A stretch of 64,000 bases of DNA, taken from the NCBI GenBank assembly GCA_020536535.1, contig JAHLWZ010000373.1, positions 24,093-88,092 of the forward strand, written 5' to 3'. The translations under genes and the position numbers were made by a program. Position 1 is the stretch's first letter, and each line of letters starts with the position of its first letter. Below the pieces are notes generated by a model. The model did no database searches and had not been told where the DNA came from. It worked only from the letters and a program-made list of their open reading frames with translations. The stretch comes from Pelomyxa schiedti (lineage: Eukaryota > Protista > Evosea). This document shows, piece by piece, positions 29,455-42,687 of this stretch.

Positions 29455-30679
29455 CCATTTAATTAATTATTAAAAATAACAGAGGATCTCAGACCCATTA
29501 AAAGAACTCTGTAACTCCTTGCAGACATAGTGGCTCTTGGAGATTGACTGTTTGGTTCCTTTCACCCAAAAACCAAGATTCTTTTTAAAACCATAAAAAC
29601 AGCTTTCAATATTTTGCATGTCGAATTTTCGTGCTAGTAATTAAGATTCCACTCCTTTTTTGTTTTGCTGTGTTCCTCAATTGATTGATCATGTTTGAAG
29701 AGAGTCAAAGGTGGTTCTGTTGACCATGTATGTGTAGTGTACAGACAGCTGGTGAGGAAAAGATCACCATTCCACTCCAAAGGAACAGGCGACCATAAAC
29801 CGGAAAGAATAAATTCATTCTAGAAGAAATCCAGCAGTAGCTGTGGTAGAATTTTTCTAGTAGTTGGTATTAGACTTAGCTTAAGTGAGAACGAGAAGTT
29901 ACTCAAGGTGCTCCGGAGTGATTGTTACTTTTTCGTCATTCTCGTCGTTGTCCGGGTCATCACGACTCAATGACGCCACGACCATTGCACGGGATATGGC
30001 CTCTGAAATTTAAGTAAGGTACACCAAAATAACAAGGAAAGTAACCCTCAACAAATAGCCTTATCAATTCCGTGCTAGCTTTGATACCGTCACTTGAGCC
30101 AGTCAAACCTATAACACAGTTAAAAGAGGAGAAGGGGAAGGAAAAAAAAAAAAAAAAAAAAGCGGGAGACCCAAAAGTAAAATACAAGCGCACACGTACA
30201 TTATGGGGGCACTCACTCACATTTTGCATCGGGTTTCCTCAGCTCATTCCACACGAACTCCATGATTGCGGCCACGTGCTCCTCGGCCACAATGGCCCCG
30301 CTCCATTCGGCGTCATCAGGCGCCTTGGGCGCCACGCTGACTGCCAGCTTGGCTCCCCTCCCTGTCCCAGCACCGCTCCCGGTGCCCCCTCCCCCCCCAC
30401 GGTGCCCACGCCCTCCCCCGCGCGACATGTGTCAGTGATATCTGAGATTTTGTGCATTTTCACGAAGAACAAGCTGGCTGACGGGGCGCGGAAAACGTGC
30501 TGGGCTCATTCCGTGTGTGCAAATTTGCATGCACCCAAAGACAACCAAGATTTGGGAGCACTGGTCATGTACGAGCAACAAACAAATGCTACAGCGACAT
30601 CAGTAACACACCATCCCCTTCAGCGCGGCGAAGCCGTGGACCGCGTTCTCAGTGTGTCGCGTGTAGTATAGAACGTTGT

Positions 30680-32600
30680 CACTCACCTTGTGCTGGACCC
30701 CTGCCAAGACCGCGGGGCGTGGCTGCGCGAGCGCGACTGCTGCTTCCTCCTGCAGGCCGCGAACGCGCCGTTCCCCCTGGGTGCCTCGAGGTGCCTCCGA
30801 TGGGTTCTGCGAAACGCGGTGGTGAGCAGGAACAACCGCAGAGAGGGCATTAGTGTGTGGAAGGGCCTCTGTGCTGGTGTGTGTACGTGGACACTTCTTG
30901 AGTGCCTTTGTGGGGCGGGGAGTGTGTCGTGCGTGGTCTGGAGTTGCCGTTCGCTCAATTCTTACCTGACATGGCATGAGGTGGACACGTTTGGATGGCG
31001 AGAAAGCTGGCTGCAAGTGGGTACACGGCGTGGAGCTGTTGCGGACTGCTGAAGTGGCCCCTGGATGAACCTGGCATGTTGGGTGACCTCAGAGATATCA
31101 CTGACCCAACAGGCTGCCTGTTGTACTGTGCGTGCAAGGGAGGCCACCTGGATTCTGTCAAGTGGGTGATGTCACGGTTTGATAGTGTAGGCAGTGAGCC
31201 GTGGGAGCTTGTGAAGCCATTTAAAGTTGCTGTGTGGTGAGGACATGTTGACGTGGTGATGTGGATGGCGGCTTCAACTTGTGCTGTGAGTACCTGCAAG
31301 AAATTAGAGTCTGAGAAGGGAGTTCCTTTTCGCTGCCATCCCGTCCTTTTTTTTGAGACACCAAGTTTGGAGCTTACTGAGTGGTTCTTCCCTGAGGGCA
31401 CTAGAAATGGGGATGAAGAGCACTGGCTGCTAACAAGTTTCATGAACTGCTTTCCATCAGGACTGGAAGAAGGCTGCCGGTGGATCACGAAAACCTTGCC
31501 AGTGACAACTGTAACAGAAGAAACTATCCGCTGCATTCACAATGCCAAGGGCATCAAGTTGCTATTGAACAACTTTCCGGCAGTTGAGCCAATACAGAAA
31601 CACATTCAGTGGGAACAAGGGTTTCATGGCCATGTGGTCAGGAAATTACATGTTAAGGTAAGAGTAATTCATTACCAATATTCAAAGAAAAACTATCTTC
31701 GTAGGACCTAAACTGGCTCGGGAGAGATGTCAACAAGTGTGTAAGAGTCGACAACTCATGGCATGCGGCAATCAATCGGACAGTGTTCTAGGGTGCTTAC
31801 TGCCAAAAGTGACGTCACTCACAGAAGAACACTTAAGTTTCTGCCTTGTGAAGTCTCTTACCAAAGGCAACATACCAATTGCTGAGTGGCTTGATAAGAT
31901 GTTCCACTTGATGGATCATGTGAACAGGGTTTTACCGAGTCCACTTTCCTTGCGCTCTGCTGTGAGAATCCACGACATTTGCGTGGTGCAATGGTTTCTT
32001 GCACGCGCTATTAGTGAGAAAACAGCGATGGAGGCCGCTCGGCTCTGCATCACCTTCCCATACTTATTCTGAAAGCATTCCATATTACAAACGCAAGTGT
32101 GGCTGCCAGGGATATTCTCTCGTACACAGGCCAAGCAGGTTTTTTCAGATGGCTACCTGTCTGAAAATAACCTTGTTGCTGGTTTGGCAGATACTCACTT
32201 GATCAAATCTGGAAAGGTGTTGAAATGGTTTATTGAGTGAAGAACAGGTCAAGGTGAATGGCAACTCACTTCTGTACGGTTTGATTGAATGTCCACTTCC
32301 ATTTTACTGTATCTGAGGTGTGAATTTCTACAACTCAACCAACAAACCAATAAAAAAAAGGTTCTGAAAAGGGTAATACCATACCCTACAACAGTGGGAA
32401 CATGGAAGATGCTCTTGCAGGTCCTGAAAACCGCACCTGAAATGGACCAGTCATTTGTTTTGCATCACCTCTTCTGGATTGTAGTCAAATCACCCCTACA
32501 CCTCCACATCACTGCCGTGGCATTTTGTATTACACATCAGGCCCTGTTGATGTCATTCAAGCCCAATGCTGGTAGTAGTTCAAAGTACAAGGCGAATTGA
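30680..32600 (+). pseudogene. Degenerate ankyrin-like repeat family pseudogene
   Basis: LLYCACKGGHLDSVKWVMSRF..FKVAVW*GHVDVVMWM has an in-frame TGA at 31238. KSLTKGNIPIAEWLDKMF follows. Several frameshifts separate the ORF pieces. Confidence 0.6.
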
Positions 32601-32769
32601 ATTGGCTTCTTCAATAAAAATTCTTCAATTTTTCGCGGTACAAAGACGTGCACTGAGCAATTTGTCTCGATAAGGAACACGTCAAGAACGAATTTCGTTC
32701 CCAAGTCAAGCCGGATCGGCATTTTCCAACCTGTAACGCAAGTTTGTGAAAAGAAGCAAAAAGACCAAG

Positions 32770-33279
32770 ATGGAAAACCGCACCGCAGCCTACGTCCTTT
32801 CAATGGTCGTCGAGGACGATCAAACCGCGTTTGTCGAAACTTCAGCATTCTACGTCAAGAGGGTACCGGATATCTCCCTCAAACAGCTACTTATGAGATG
32901 GACCGAACACTGGGGAGTCCCTCAGGAGGCCCTCCCTTTGGCCTGCTTATACATTGAGAGGTTGAGGGCCACGTCTTCAGCAATGACTCATTCGAAGACT
33001 ACCTTCTTACTGACACGCCACACAGTTCACAAGTGCCTAGTGGCGTGTGTTTGCGTGGCGACCAAGGTTCTGGTTGACGATTTTGGAAGACACTCCGCCA
33101 TTGCCATGTCGTGCGGAATAAGACCAAGGACACTCACGCTTTTGGAAATGGAGGTTATGCAGCTGCTGGATTACAATTTGTTTGTGGATGAACAGGAATT
33201 CTGGGCCATGAGGTCGCGAATCTTGCAAGAATCCTCACAGCCACTGCCTGTTTGTCTCATATCCTCTGCTACATGGTAG
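32770..33279 (+). CDS. Cyclin, PHO80/cyclin-U(P) family
   Basis: PDISLKQLL..ACLYIERL..TVHKCLVACVCVATKVLVDD..LLEMEVMQLLDYNLFVD cyclin box; intronless. Confidence 0.85.
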   Translation: MENRTAAYVLSMVVEDDQTAFVETSAFYVKRVPDISLKQLLMRWTEHWGVPQEALPLACLYIERLRATSSAMTHSKTTFLLTRHTVHKCLVACVCVATKVLVDDFGRHSAIAMSCGIRPRTLTLLEMEVMQLLDYNLFVDEQEFWAMRSRILQESSQPLPVCLISSATW

Positions 33280-33479
33280 CCTTCTCAACATTGCTTCCAT
33301 TCCGTGTGTACCTCTGTAATACCGAAAATTTTGTTCTTTTTGAAAAATGCATTCTGGGAAATTTCTTAGTGCAGTGGTCGAGGTCTTTAACTCAATTTGA
33401 AAAACATTATGCTGGGAATGTTGTGCTGAACTAGAATGAAAGTTTTTTTTGTTGTTTACACAACAGAACAAATGGCAGT

Positions 33480-34928
33480 TCAAAGGTATCCAAGGGTGTG
33501 AAGTAACCAAATGTCTTCAGATTCTGTTGTAGTTGTTTCCACAAGGCAGGATATATTGCACAAATGCAACCAATGTCTTGTATCTTTGAAAGGTTGACCT
33601 ACAAAGAAGCTGGATTTGAATTTAGGGTCGACTGGGAACTTGTGACACGCCGCACTGTTTCGACAATACATTCCTTGTGAGGAATCAGTTGAGAGAGTCT
33701 GGGTCTTCACAATTGGCCATATATACTTGGAGAGGAAACACTGTTTTTTTGGATATGGAATTAACAAAGAAAAAGTATTTGGATCTGGAGGCATACTTGG
33801 TCAAGCTTTGTACCCCCACAGGACTTGGCTGTAATTTTACCGGCTTTTCTGCTCTCTATCACCAAGTTCATTAGTGACTCCATTGTGTTGTTGGGTCCAA
33901 AGCAGCCTCTTGTACCACCAAACATGCCTGGAGGTAAATGGAATTTTTAGTTTAAAACAGTAAAAGGAGTGTGGATCAGAGGAATCACCTGCAAGAATGG
34001 CAATACCATGTAAAGGATTGTCACGTATAGCATGAAAAGGAAGACCAGAGGATATCCAATCATTTACAGCCAGTAAATCCCGGATATTCAATCGTGAATC
34101 AATGTCCCTTATGATCCAGTATCTGTTGAAAAATTTGGCTTAAAGGAGATAAACACTTGAAGCACCGAACTTTACAGAATTAAAACCAACCAAAAGCACA
34201 ATAAAGGGAAAAGAACATGTACATGATCGTACTCGGCAGTTGGATCATCTGCAACATAATTCCTGTACATGTACATTATCTCTCTATCAGTCTGGTGTTT
34301 GCACTTGACCACCTTTCAAAGTGTGAGCGTTCTTGCCACAAAACACATCGAAATGAACCTGAGCTGCCTGACAGTAGTCACAATTCAGTAAAGGTTCTAT
34401 TTCCCCCCAGTCAATAGCATCAGAGACATAGAACCGGACTGCCCAGTCTGGATAGTATCTGCCATTTGGATGAGAATAGTCAAGGAAGAAAGGGGAATAA
34501 TGATAAGCATCTGTAGTTGGGTCATACATTCTAGCAGCCAATACATTCGCAAAAGCACCATGAATGACCCAATCAAAAACTCTAGTGCTGTTCCGCATTG
34601 GGAATATCGAGAATGACACCACCTTGTTCCATTCCTTTCTCACAAAACCCTTAGTTCCCGAATATACGGCAGCGTGTTCCTCACAAATTCTATCCGCCGA
34701 CTGAGCAGATTCAGCCAAAACTCGATACCGATTTTGTTGTTGCTCCTGATGTTGTTGAGGCACAGGGATTGGAATTGACACTTGATTTTGTTGCTGTTCC
34801 GACAATTGGTGCTCTTGCTCTTGGCTAGTTGACAAAGTGAAACCGAAGCCAAACATAAACGTGAGGATTTGCGTGAGGGCCATTCCGATCAGCACCCCGC
34901 ATACCAGCCACAGGTGCTTGGATGCCAT
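33480..34928 (-). CDS. Type II membrane protein, putative glycosyltransferase-like family
   Basis: N-terminal TM helix and Gln-rich stem, then VVSFSIF..YYPDWAVRFYV..RDIDSRLNIRDLLAVNDWISSGLPFHAIRDNPLH..ILAGMFGG..QCFLSKYIWP. This motif set belongs to a widespread uncharacterised GT-A-like family (DxD = DID). Confidence 0.65.
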
Positions 34929-35065
34929 TATGGGACCGAGGACCTTGCAGATCGTGACGATTCGGTGGTGGTGCCAACAGTGATGAAAAAAAAAAGGAAT
35001 GTTGGGGGAATGGGGTATGAACATCATCAAATTAAAGTCAATTTTGGGGTGGTGCGTGATAACAA

Positions 35066-36409
35066 TCAGCCAAGCAAGTTGAGCTTCTTGATGGCCTTGT
35101 ATTGATCTGGAATCTCCTGGAGTGCGGCGACAGCAAATTCAACATCGTAGTTCTCAACACGGGGGCGTGACATTACATTGTGGAATGATACAAACTGGAA
35201 GTTATCAAACTTGCGCTCTGCGGTTTCGTTAGCCTAGTCAATATCTGCGATCTATAGTGAGGTATACCTGGCAGTCTGTCGTCAAACTCTTCCATCAATT
35301 CCCATGGGCCATCCCCAACACTGTAGAAAGTTAGGCTTCATTTGTGAAAAAGCAACCGAACCCTATAGTTACAATGGAAAGTGCAGCACATTGAGACGCC
35401 CTAATTATAGCTTGTGCTGTTGATTCTTCATTTGTAACTTGGCCATCTGCAATTCTTGTGATTGTTTAATTGTTGTATTATTTCCGAGTGTCAGTTGGAC
35501 CTACATTATCAATATGTGATACTGACGTGTCTCTTGTACAATTTGAACCGCCTTATCGATAAGAGGTGCGAAGTTTGTTGGTCCACTCATGTTGACATTA
35601 GGTGTGATTTCATTATATCGAGCCAAGACCTCCCTTTTGATTCTGTTACCAGTCTCACATGAAGAATTTGTAAGGCATACGCCAATCCATAGCAGGGATG
35701 TCCATCTGGGTAGTAAGGGAAAACGGCTTTATCTGTAGTTGTAGCATCACCTAAAAACCTTGAGTGTTGGCATGAAAGCCACAAATGGGGGTGGCAAAGT
35801 ACCAAACCCAAACACAGGAATTAACTGCAAAAAGGGTTGGCTACTATTAAGGGTACAAATAAAATACCTTATCATCATCGAAAGGCTCAAGAGTACGACC
35901 AATGATATCAATCACTCGCTAAATTTTGTTATAATGGCCAAAGAGATAAATGTAATTTCCCACTTGGTACGGATTCATTGTATCAGGTGCAATGGCATGG
36001 AGACATCTGTTCCCAAAAGTATTCTTGCCTGTCCATGTGTTGCTCTACCTCGTCCTCAATACATCAAATGACTATTTTAAAGGTACCTTTGTATAGTCTA
36101 TTCCGATTATCAAATTCGAACTCCTACGAAAAAACTTAGCATTATATATGTCAAGAATTGAAAGTGTTTCAATTTAGTAACTTTGAAAACATTGTTGAAC
36201 TTCTTCAAAACAAAAGGGAAAAAAAGTACGCACTCCAAACCGGCATCTCTCAGTCCTTGTTGCACTTGCTCGAGTGTCTTGTACCGATCCGGATTTGCAG
36301 CGAATGAGAAACCACCGCCGCTACTGGGGTGATGCGAATCGTGCTTTGCTGGTGCCGCAGATCCGGCTGCGTATTTGCGCTCACTCTCGCTACTGAACAA
36401 CGACCCCAT
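35066..36409 (-). CDS. Copine/RGLG-type vWA domain protein (no RING seen)
   Basis: MGSLFSS (myristoylation-like), [47 protein letters not shown], and [16 protein letters not shown]. Confidence 0.85.
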
Positions 36410-36639
36410 CACCAGGGAAATTTTTTAGAAAGAAACAGTTAGCTGTTGATTTTCCCCTCAAAAAATTTGGGACTTTGAGAAACATGTGATTTCGCTTGGG
36501 TGATCTGGGGAACAGTGACGCAAACTGCCTACTTCCAAGTTGGCCCAAGTAAAAACAGTAGTAGTGTTAGGGGGAATGTTGAATCACAACACTCTCTGCT
36601 CACATCTGAAACTTGTCTGGATCCAGTTCCATTCGCATA

Positions 36640-36797
36640 TTGGACGTTTCAGTCAAAAACCAGCCACACAAACAAAAAACGAAAACTATCATCAAAATCA
36701 AACGAAATGCACTGGGTGCGCCCAGTGGATAAACTTGTTTTTTGTTGGTTGTTTTTATTTTTCATTCATTATGCCGTTTTTTGACTGAAACGTCCAA
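36640..36797. mobile_element. 158-bp MITE with 20-bp terminal inverted repeats and TA flanks (Tc1/mariner-like)
   Basis: TA|ttggacgtttcagtcaaaaa ... tttttgactgaaacgtccaa|TA, with an internal palindrome cactggg-tgcg-cccagtg. Confidence 0.7.
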
Positions 36798-36854
36798 TAA
36801 ATAAACAGAGTTGAAACGACTTTTTCCGATCCCCAGATCAGTCGCTGAAAAAAA

Positions 36855-38216
36855 ATGCCTTTGACACCGTCGGAGCTCGTTGAAGTTGCCAAGACGTCAA
36901 TAGTTAGTGGCGTGATCAGCGACGTCGTGATCGTTGTAGTGAGCGCGATGATTGTCGCGCTGCCGCCTGCTCGGAGCCAAATGTCGTGCAGGCTGGTGTT
37001 GTACCTGTGCCTTTCTGACTTGATATGGATCACATCTGCTGTGTATGGCCTCTCACTGGATATTCTAAATGAATGAGAGAAGCGAAGCGCGGGGGAGTTT
37101 GGGGGTTGTAAGATAGAGAGTACGAAAGGCAACATCATTGTGCAGAATTTTTTTTTTTTTTTTTTTTCCTTTTTTGCCGTTTAGTCACTTAATGGGGTCA
37201 ACATAAACAGGTATGGAGCTGCCTGGACACTTGCAAGTGGTGGAACTTCCCCAGGAATAGTTCCTTCAGACTCAAGTGGTACATATATGCCAGAGATGGG
37301 ATGTGTTGTTTCGGGGTATCTCTTCCCCCTTATTGTATGAATCTGATGAAACTGAAAAGATTTTTCATGCAATTTGGTGCTACCTCTAGTGACATGTGGA
37401 CGATTGCAATTTCAGTTTTTCTGTGTATCACTGTAGTGTTCAAGCATGAGCCCTGGGACACCTTCTGGTTCAACGACATCACATTTGTAATTATTGTCTA
37501 CGGCATTACTGGAGTTGTTGCCTCACTGCCGTTTTTTGGATTAGGAGGGGGATATGGAAATGCTGGAGGCACTTGGTGCTGGTATTAACCCTCTCTTTAC
37601 AGTGGTAAATCTCCTCTTTTTCAACTATAACTTAAGTTTTTTTTGAAGGATCCACGGACAACGGGGGCGCTGGATTTTTGGGTTTACCTTCCACTGGGGT
37701 GCTGTCTTCTTCATGGGGTTTTTCTACATCTGGGCACTTATTTACTTCGTAAAATCAACTCAGCAAGCGCGGAGAATGTGCACTCCCGTAAACGCGGGAG
37801 AAACACGGGCTCGAGCTGCCAGAATAAAACTATTCAAAAGCCTAGCTCCATTTCCAGTTGCCTACGCGCTTATACTAATTCCCTCCACGGTGAATAGACT
37901 ACAAGGAACTTTCAACCCTGATGTACGGTTTTTTTGCCATTCTAAAACAATTATCACAACTCACTCTTTCCACCACAAGAATCCTCGAGTAGGATTGTTT
38001 ATCACACATGCCCTGATAGTACAACTTGAAGGAGCCATAAATGCCCTTCTGTATGGAGGCACCCACTTCACCATGCTCAAGGAAGGCTTGATGACATTCA
38101 GTCTAAAGAACTGCTTCTCACACTGGGGACCACATGGAAGCTACCAAGTCAAGGCCCACGACCCAATGGAAGTGCCCTTCGTGCCTCTGGATATTCAAAC
38201 AGAAAACACAAGCTAG
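36855..38216 (+). CDS. 7TM GPCR, cAMP receptor-like (cAR/Crl/GCR1) family
   Basis: RLVLYLCLSDL, QFGATSSDMWTIAIS, YGNAGGTWCW, FPVAYALILIPSTVNRL, LEGAINALLYG. Confidence 0.8.
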
Positions 38217-38488
38217 CCATTCATTCTGCCCAGTGAGTGCAGGGGCACTTGTTGTTTGTGGTAAAATTGTCTTACTTTTCAAATAAGGAATAAAACTTTC
38301 CAACAATTCCCTTGTTATTTGCGTGATTCACCGGCCCTATAGCAAAAAAAAAAATTTCCTTTTTGTTGTAGGAAGACACTTCTCAGAACAATCCTGTGAA
38401 GCTCAGCATTCACTGTCTGGATGGGCACCGAGGTACACTCCTGCACTTCTGTTGAAGTCGATTGTTCGTCGAAGAGCAAAAATTTGTG

Positions 38489-41009
38489 ATGTCGGGGGTT
38501 ACAACGGTGGGCAACGTAGTAGCCGAGCATCAGCGGTCGACGCCCACGGCCGCCGCGTCGTGCACGGCAAAGAAGAAGGCGCCGCCCCGCACGGTGTTCG
38601 CGTGGGGCGGCGGGCGGTCGGGGGAGCTGGGGCACGCTGGGGTGGACCGCGAGGGCGTGTGCGCCTTCCCCGCGAGGGTGCCGGGGCTGCCCGACGACGT
38701 GAGCTGCGTGGTGTGCGGGGAGGCCTACACCGCGGCCCTCACCGACTCTGGGAAGCTCTACACCTGGGGTGTGTTTAGTTGTTTGTTATATATAGGGCAT
38801 ACATATAGGCTTGTTTGTTTGGTTTTTGTTGTTGTTGTTGTTGTTGTTTTTTTTTTTTTTTGTTTTGTTTGTTTGTTTGTTTGTTTTTTATCTGAATATG
38901 TATTTCTAGGGTCAACTCGAGGTGGTAAGTTGGGGACTGTTACACAGGAGGTGCAGTCACGTGGGGGGGATGTGTGTGGCACTCCTACATTAGTCAGCAG
39001 CTTGTCGTCAATGAGAGTGACTCAGATATCATGTGGCGAGAACCATATGGCTTGCATAACTGAACCAGGTTTGCTTTTTCCCCACTGTCTTGTTTCCCTC
39101 GTTAGGGTTCATATTAATAGAAAAAAAAAAAAGGATTTGCTTGGAGCTGGGGTAAGGGTACACATGGGTGTCTTGCCTCTGGGGCAGTCAAGGATAGATG
39201 GATTCCTGGGCCAGTTTTGCTGGATGGAAAACACCTTCAGTGTGTATTGCTCTTTTAGGTCCACAAGCCCTGAGAAACTCAACAGAGATGTTGTACAAAT
39301 TCAATGCGGTTATATTTTCTCGGGTGCCATTTGCCAGGGAGGATCGTTACTTATGTGGGGTACCAATTCCTACGGCCAATTAGGGATTGGCTCTTCTGTA
39401 CCTGAAGTTCACAATCCAACTCATGTTGAGGGACTTCCTCCAGTATGTACACCATTGTAACCAGCTGTCATTTATGTAATCAAGGTGAAAGAACTTTCTC
39501 TTGGTTCTTTGTATGCAGGAGCGGTAACAGTGGAGGGGGCAATTTACACATGGGGATACGGTGGATATGGAAATCTTGGCCTAGGATCAAGAGTATCACA
39601 TAATAGACCAGCTCTTGTGAAGGGTCTCTCTGAAGTTAAAGTTAAAACAGTTCATTGTGCCGTGGGTCAAATAAATCCTGCAACAGGGGGTGATGTTGTT
39701 GGGCACGAGGTAGTTCTTCTCTTCAGAAAAATTTAAGATTGTTGACTCGTAATCGAGGGACCCCACACAGTTGCCGTCAGTGAAGATGGTTCATTGTACA
39801 CCTGGGGAACCTGCCACAAAGGAATTCTTGGGAATATGTACAACAAGACGTTAATTTCCAAGGTATGTCACTCCTCTTGGGGCTACAAGTGAATTCCAAT
39901 GAGTATGGGGAAACTAAGTTCCAGAAAGGGAGACCAACTTGTGCCGTACCGAGTCGGTTCAAAATTTTGGGATTGCCCTGAGCAAGGAGATTCCAATTAT
40001 CTGAAGGGGGTGTGTGTCGTTCAGGCACTTGCTTCGTCGATACACACAGGTAAGGCTCACTCACTGCATATTACGAATTTACAAGTTTCCAGCTGCACTG
40101 AGCTCTGATGGTAATGTGTACTGCTGGGGATGCGGCAGCACCGGCCGGATGGGAGTGAGGAAATACATGACTGGACTATCAGGTGGGCGCTCTCGCATGA
40201 AGTGCTATGTATGTTACAATAACAATGTTGTTCTCTGTCAACAAATTGTGTAATTCCAGATCATGGTTCCCACCATAGTGGAAGAATTAGCTGAGAAAGA
40301 AATATTTGTCACTCAAATCAGCACATCCCGTCACACAATGGCGTGTGTTGGATATCACAGAGCGAAGTCACTTCCCCCAGCACAGACAGCTTCAGATCCA
40401 GCACATAAAGGAAGAACCACTCCAGAGACCACAGTGCCTACGAATAAAACCGATGCGCAAGTAGTATTGCCTTCTTGTGCTGCAGTTCCGGTGGAAGAGA
40501 CTCCGGAGCAAGCCATTTCCAGCACCAATACTACTGAAAAACCTCCTCTCGAGACAGAAAACTCCACTACAGCTACTTCCACAACAGAAGCAAAACCCCC
40601 CACTCCGGAAATCAAACCAGAGCCAATTAAAACCCCAACACCTCCACCGGCAACCAAAAAGCCAACAACCACTGTACCTTCTAAACCAGTAACCAAACCC
40701 ACCACTAAATCCACCACCACCCCAGCATCAGTTTTGAAGCCCGCAACCAAAGGAAGCACAACAAAAACCACAACACCTTCACATAGAATCAACCCTCAAA
40801 CCAAATCAAACCCCCCCTCACAAACAAAACCTCCAACATCAACCACACCAACAAAACCAAAAATAACACCAACACCAGCCAACAAACCTGTATCAAACAC
40901 AACCACATCAACATCCAAATCCAGCAAACCACCAGCCTCTATGAATGCAAAAACAACAACCCCCTCAAAACCAACAAACAACAAAGCTCCCAGCAACAAA
41001 AAACTCTGA
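38489..41009 (+). CDS. RCC1-repeat protein with Thr/Pro/Lys-rich tail
   Basis: VFAWGGGRSGELGH, VCGEAYTAALTDSGKLYTWG, WGTNSYGQLGIG, YTWGYGGYGNLGLG, VYCWGCGSTGRMG. Confidence 0.85.
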
Positions 41010-41384
41010 GCGCCATCAGTGTAGTTCAATGCCCTTGAAGTCGAAGGAAAACAAAAAATCATCCAAAAATATACAACCACAAAAGCAGAAGGGACAACAG
41101 AGAAACGAAAAAGAACAAAAAACTCTTCATCAAAAAGCTGGTGCCGAGTGAGTCGCGAACGAAGAGGCAACGCCGAAAGAAAGACGAGATCGCCGAGCAC
41201 GCACGAATAAGAGAGAGATCTAAGCCGTAGATCGCGTCGCAAAACCAAAGTGCACGAACGCCGTAGACGACACGTCACCCGAGATTCTACTGAAGACACC
41301 AATACGCGAAGACCAAGAGGAAATCTGTTTCTATTGGATACACAACACCCGACTTTGGATTTTTTTTTTTCTGAGTGAGGCGAA

Positions 41385-42474
41385 ATGACTACAGTAACAC
41401 CGGAAGCGAATGTCGTTTCCGACTCCTCGTCCACTGAATCAAATACATCTTGGATACAGTGGTATACATCGTCGAGGTAAAACACTCTCCAAGAAAAATT
41501 ATGAATTATGTAAATACCACTATATTGTATAAGCTGCCAGTGGTGCAGCTCTTTGTAGCTCGCAACTTAATTCGTCCAATAGAGGAAATGAATTGTTTTG
41601 CGAAGTGGATGAGGAATTCATTAATGACCAGTTTAACCTGTACGGGCTATCATCAATTGTACCAGGCTACACTGGTGCACTAGATATTATCTTAGACAAT
41701 GAGGAAGAGGAAGAGGAAGGGTATGAGGAAGAGGAGGACGAAGTGGAAGAGGAGGATGACGGCACCGGCAGAATTGTACGGCACTCAAAAAAAAGTGCTC
41801 AAGAACACGAGATGCTAATGCGGAATGCCGAGCTATTGTACGGTCTCATCCATGCCAGATTCATCCAGACATCTCGCGGTATGACATTGATGCTCGAGAA
41901 ATACCGTCAGGGTATATTCGGGAAATGCCCCCGCTATTTATGCAACGGGCAAGCAGTATTGCCTGTCGGCTTAAGTGACATCCCTCGTCAACAGCCAGTT
42001 CGTTTATATTGCCCAAGGTGTGAGGATGTGTACATCCCAAAGGTGCAGAAGCATGCAAACATAGATGGAGCCTATTTTGGAACAAGTTTCCCTCATATGT
42101 TGCTGCTACAATATCCTGAGCTAGTACCACCGAAACCTGCGGCAAAGTATGTACCCAAGATATTTGGATTCAAGATAAGACATCCCCCAACTGGTTCACC
42201 TTCAGTACCAGCAGTACAACAACACCCAGTACAACAGCCACAAACTCAACAGACATCAAATCAACAACCGCAACAACCACCACCGGCACAGCAGCAGCAA
42301 CAATCACAAAGCTCTCAACAAGTACAACCAACCACAACACCAAATCAACCAGTTACCGCACAACCAGCTACATCCCCAGCTCAACCCCAAACACCCCCAG
42401 GACAACCTCAGCCTCAACCACAGGCAGTCCCATCCCAACCAAGAGTGGATGGAGCCACAAAAACGAAAAATTAG
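41385..42474 (+). CDS. CSNK2B: Casein kinase II regulatory (beta) subunit
   Basis: SWIQWY, FCEVDEEFINDQFNLYGL, LYGLIHARFI, FGKCPRYLC, LYCPRCEDVY, IDGAYFGTSFPHM, YVPKIFGFKI; Gln/Pro tail. Confidence 0.95.
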
Positions 42475-42687
42475 TGGCAGTTTTTTTGGAAAAACAAAAA
42501 CCCAAGATAACAAGAGAAAGGATTCTATTCTATATTTTTGAACAGTGTGCTTTGCATTGAATCAACTGTTTATTGACTGTGGTAGAACGCCAGCACGCGG
42601 TTCCTACATGTACATAAAGATACAACTCCACAAAAAGAGTGATGAATATGAATGAATGTATGGGGCTAGCCAGGTGTCGCGTCACAT

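Noticed and set aside
31238-31240. In-frame TGA suggesting selenocysteine or stop-codon reassignment
   Set aside because: The same region has several frameshifts, and TGA is a normal stop in intact genes (e.g. 7963, 24403). A pseudogene is the simpler explanation.
40355-41485. Val/Gly-rich minus-strand ORFs
   Set aside because: Antisense of the Thr/Pro/Lys-rich RCC1 tail and of the CK2-beta 5' region.
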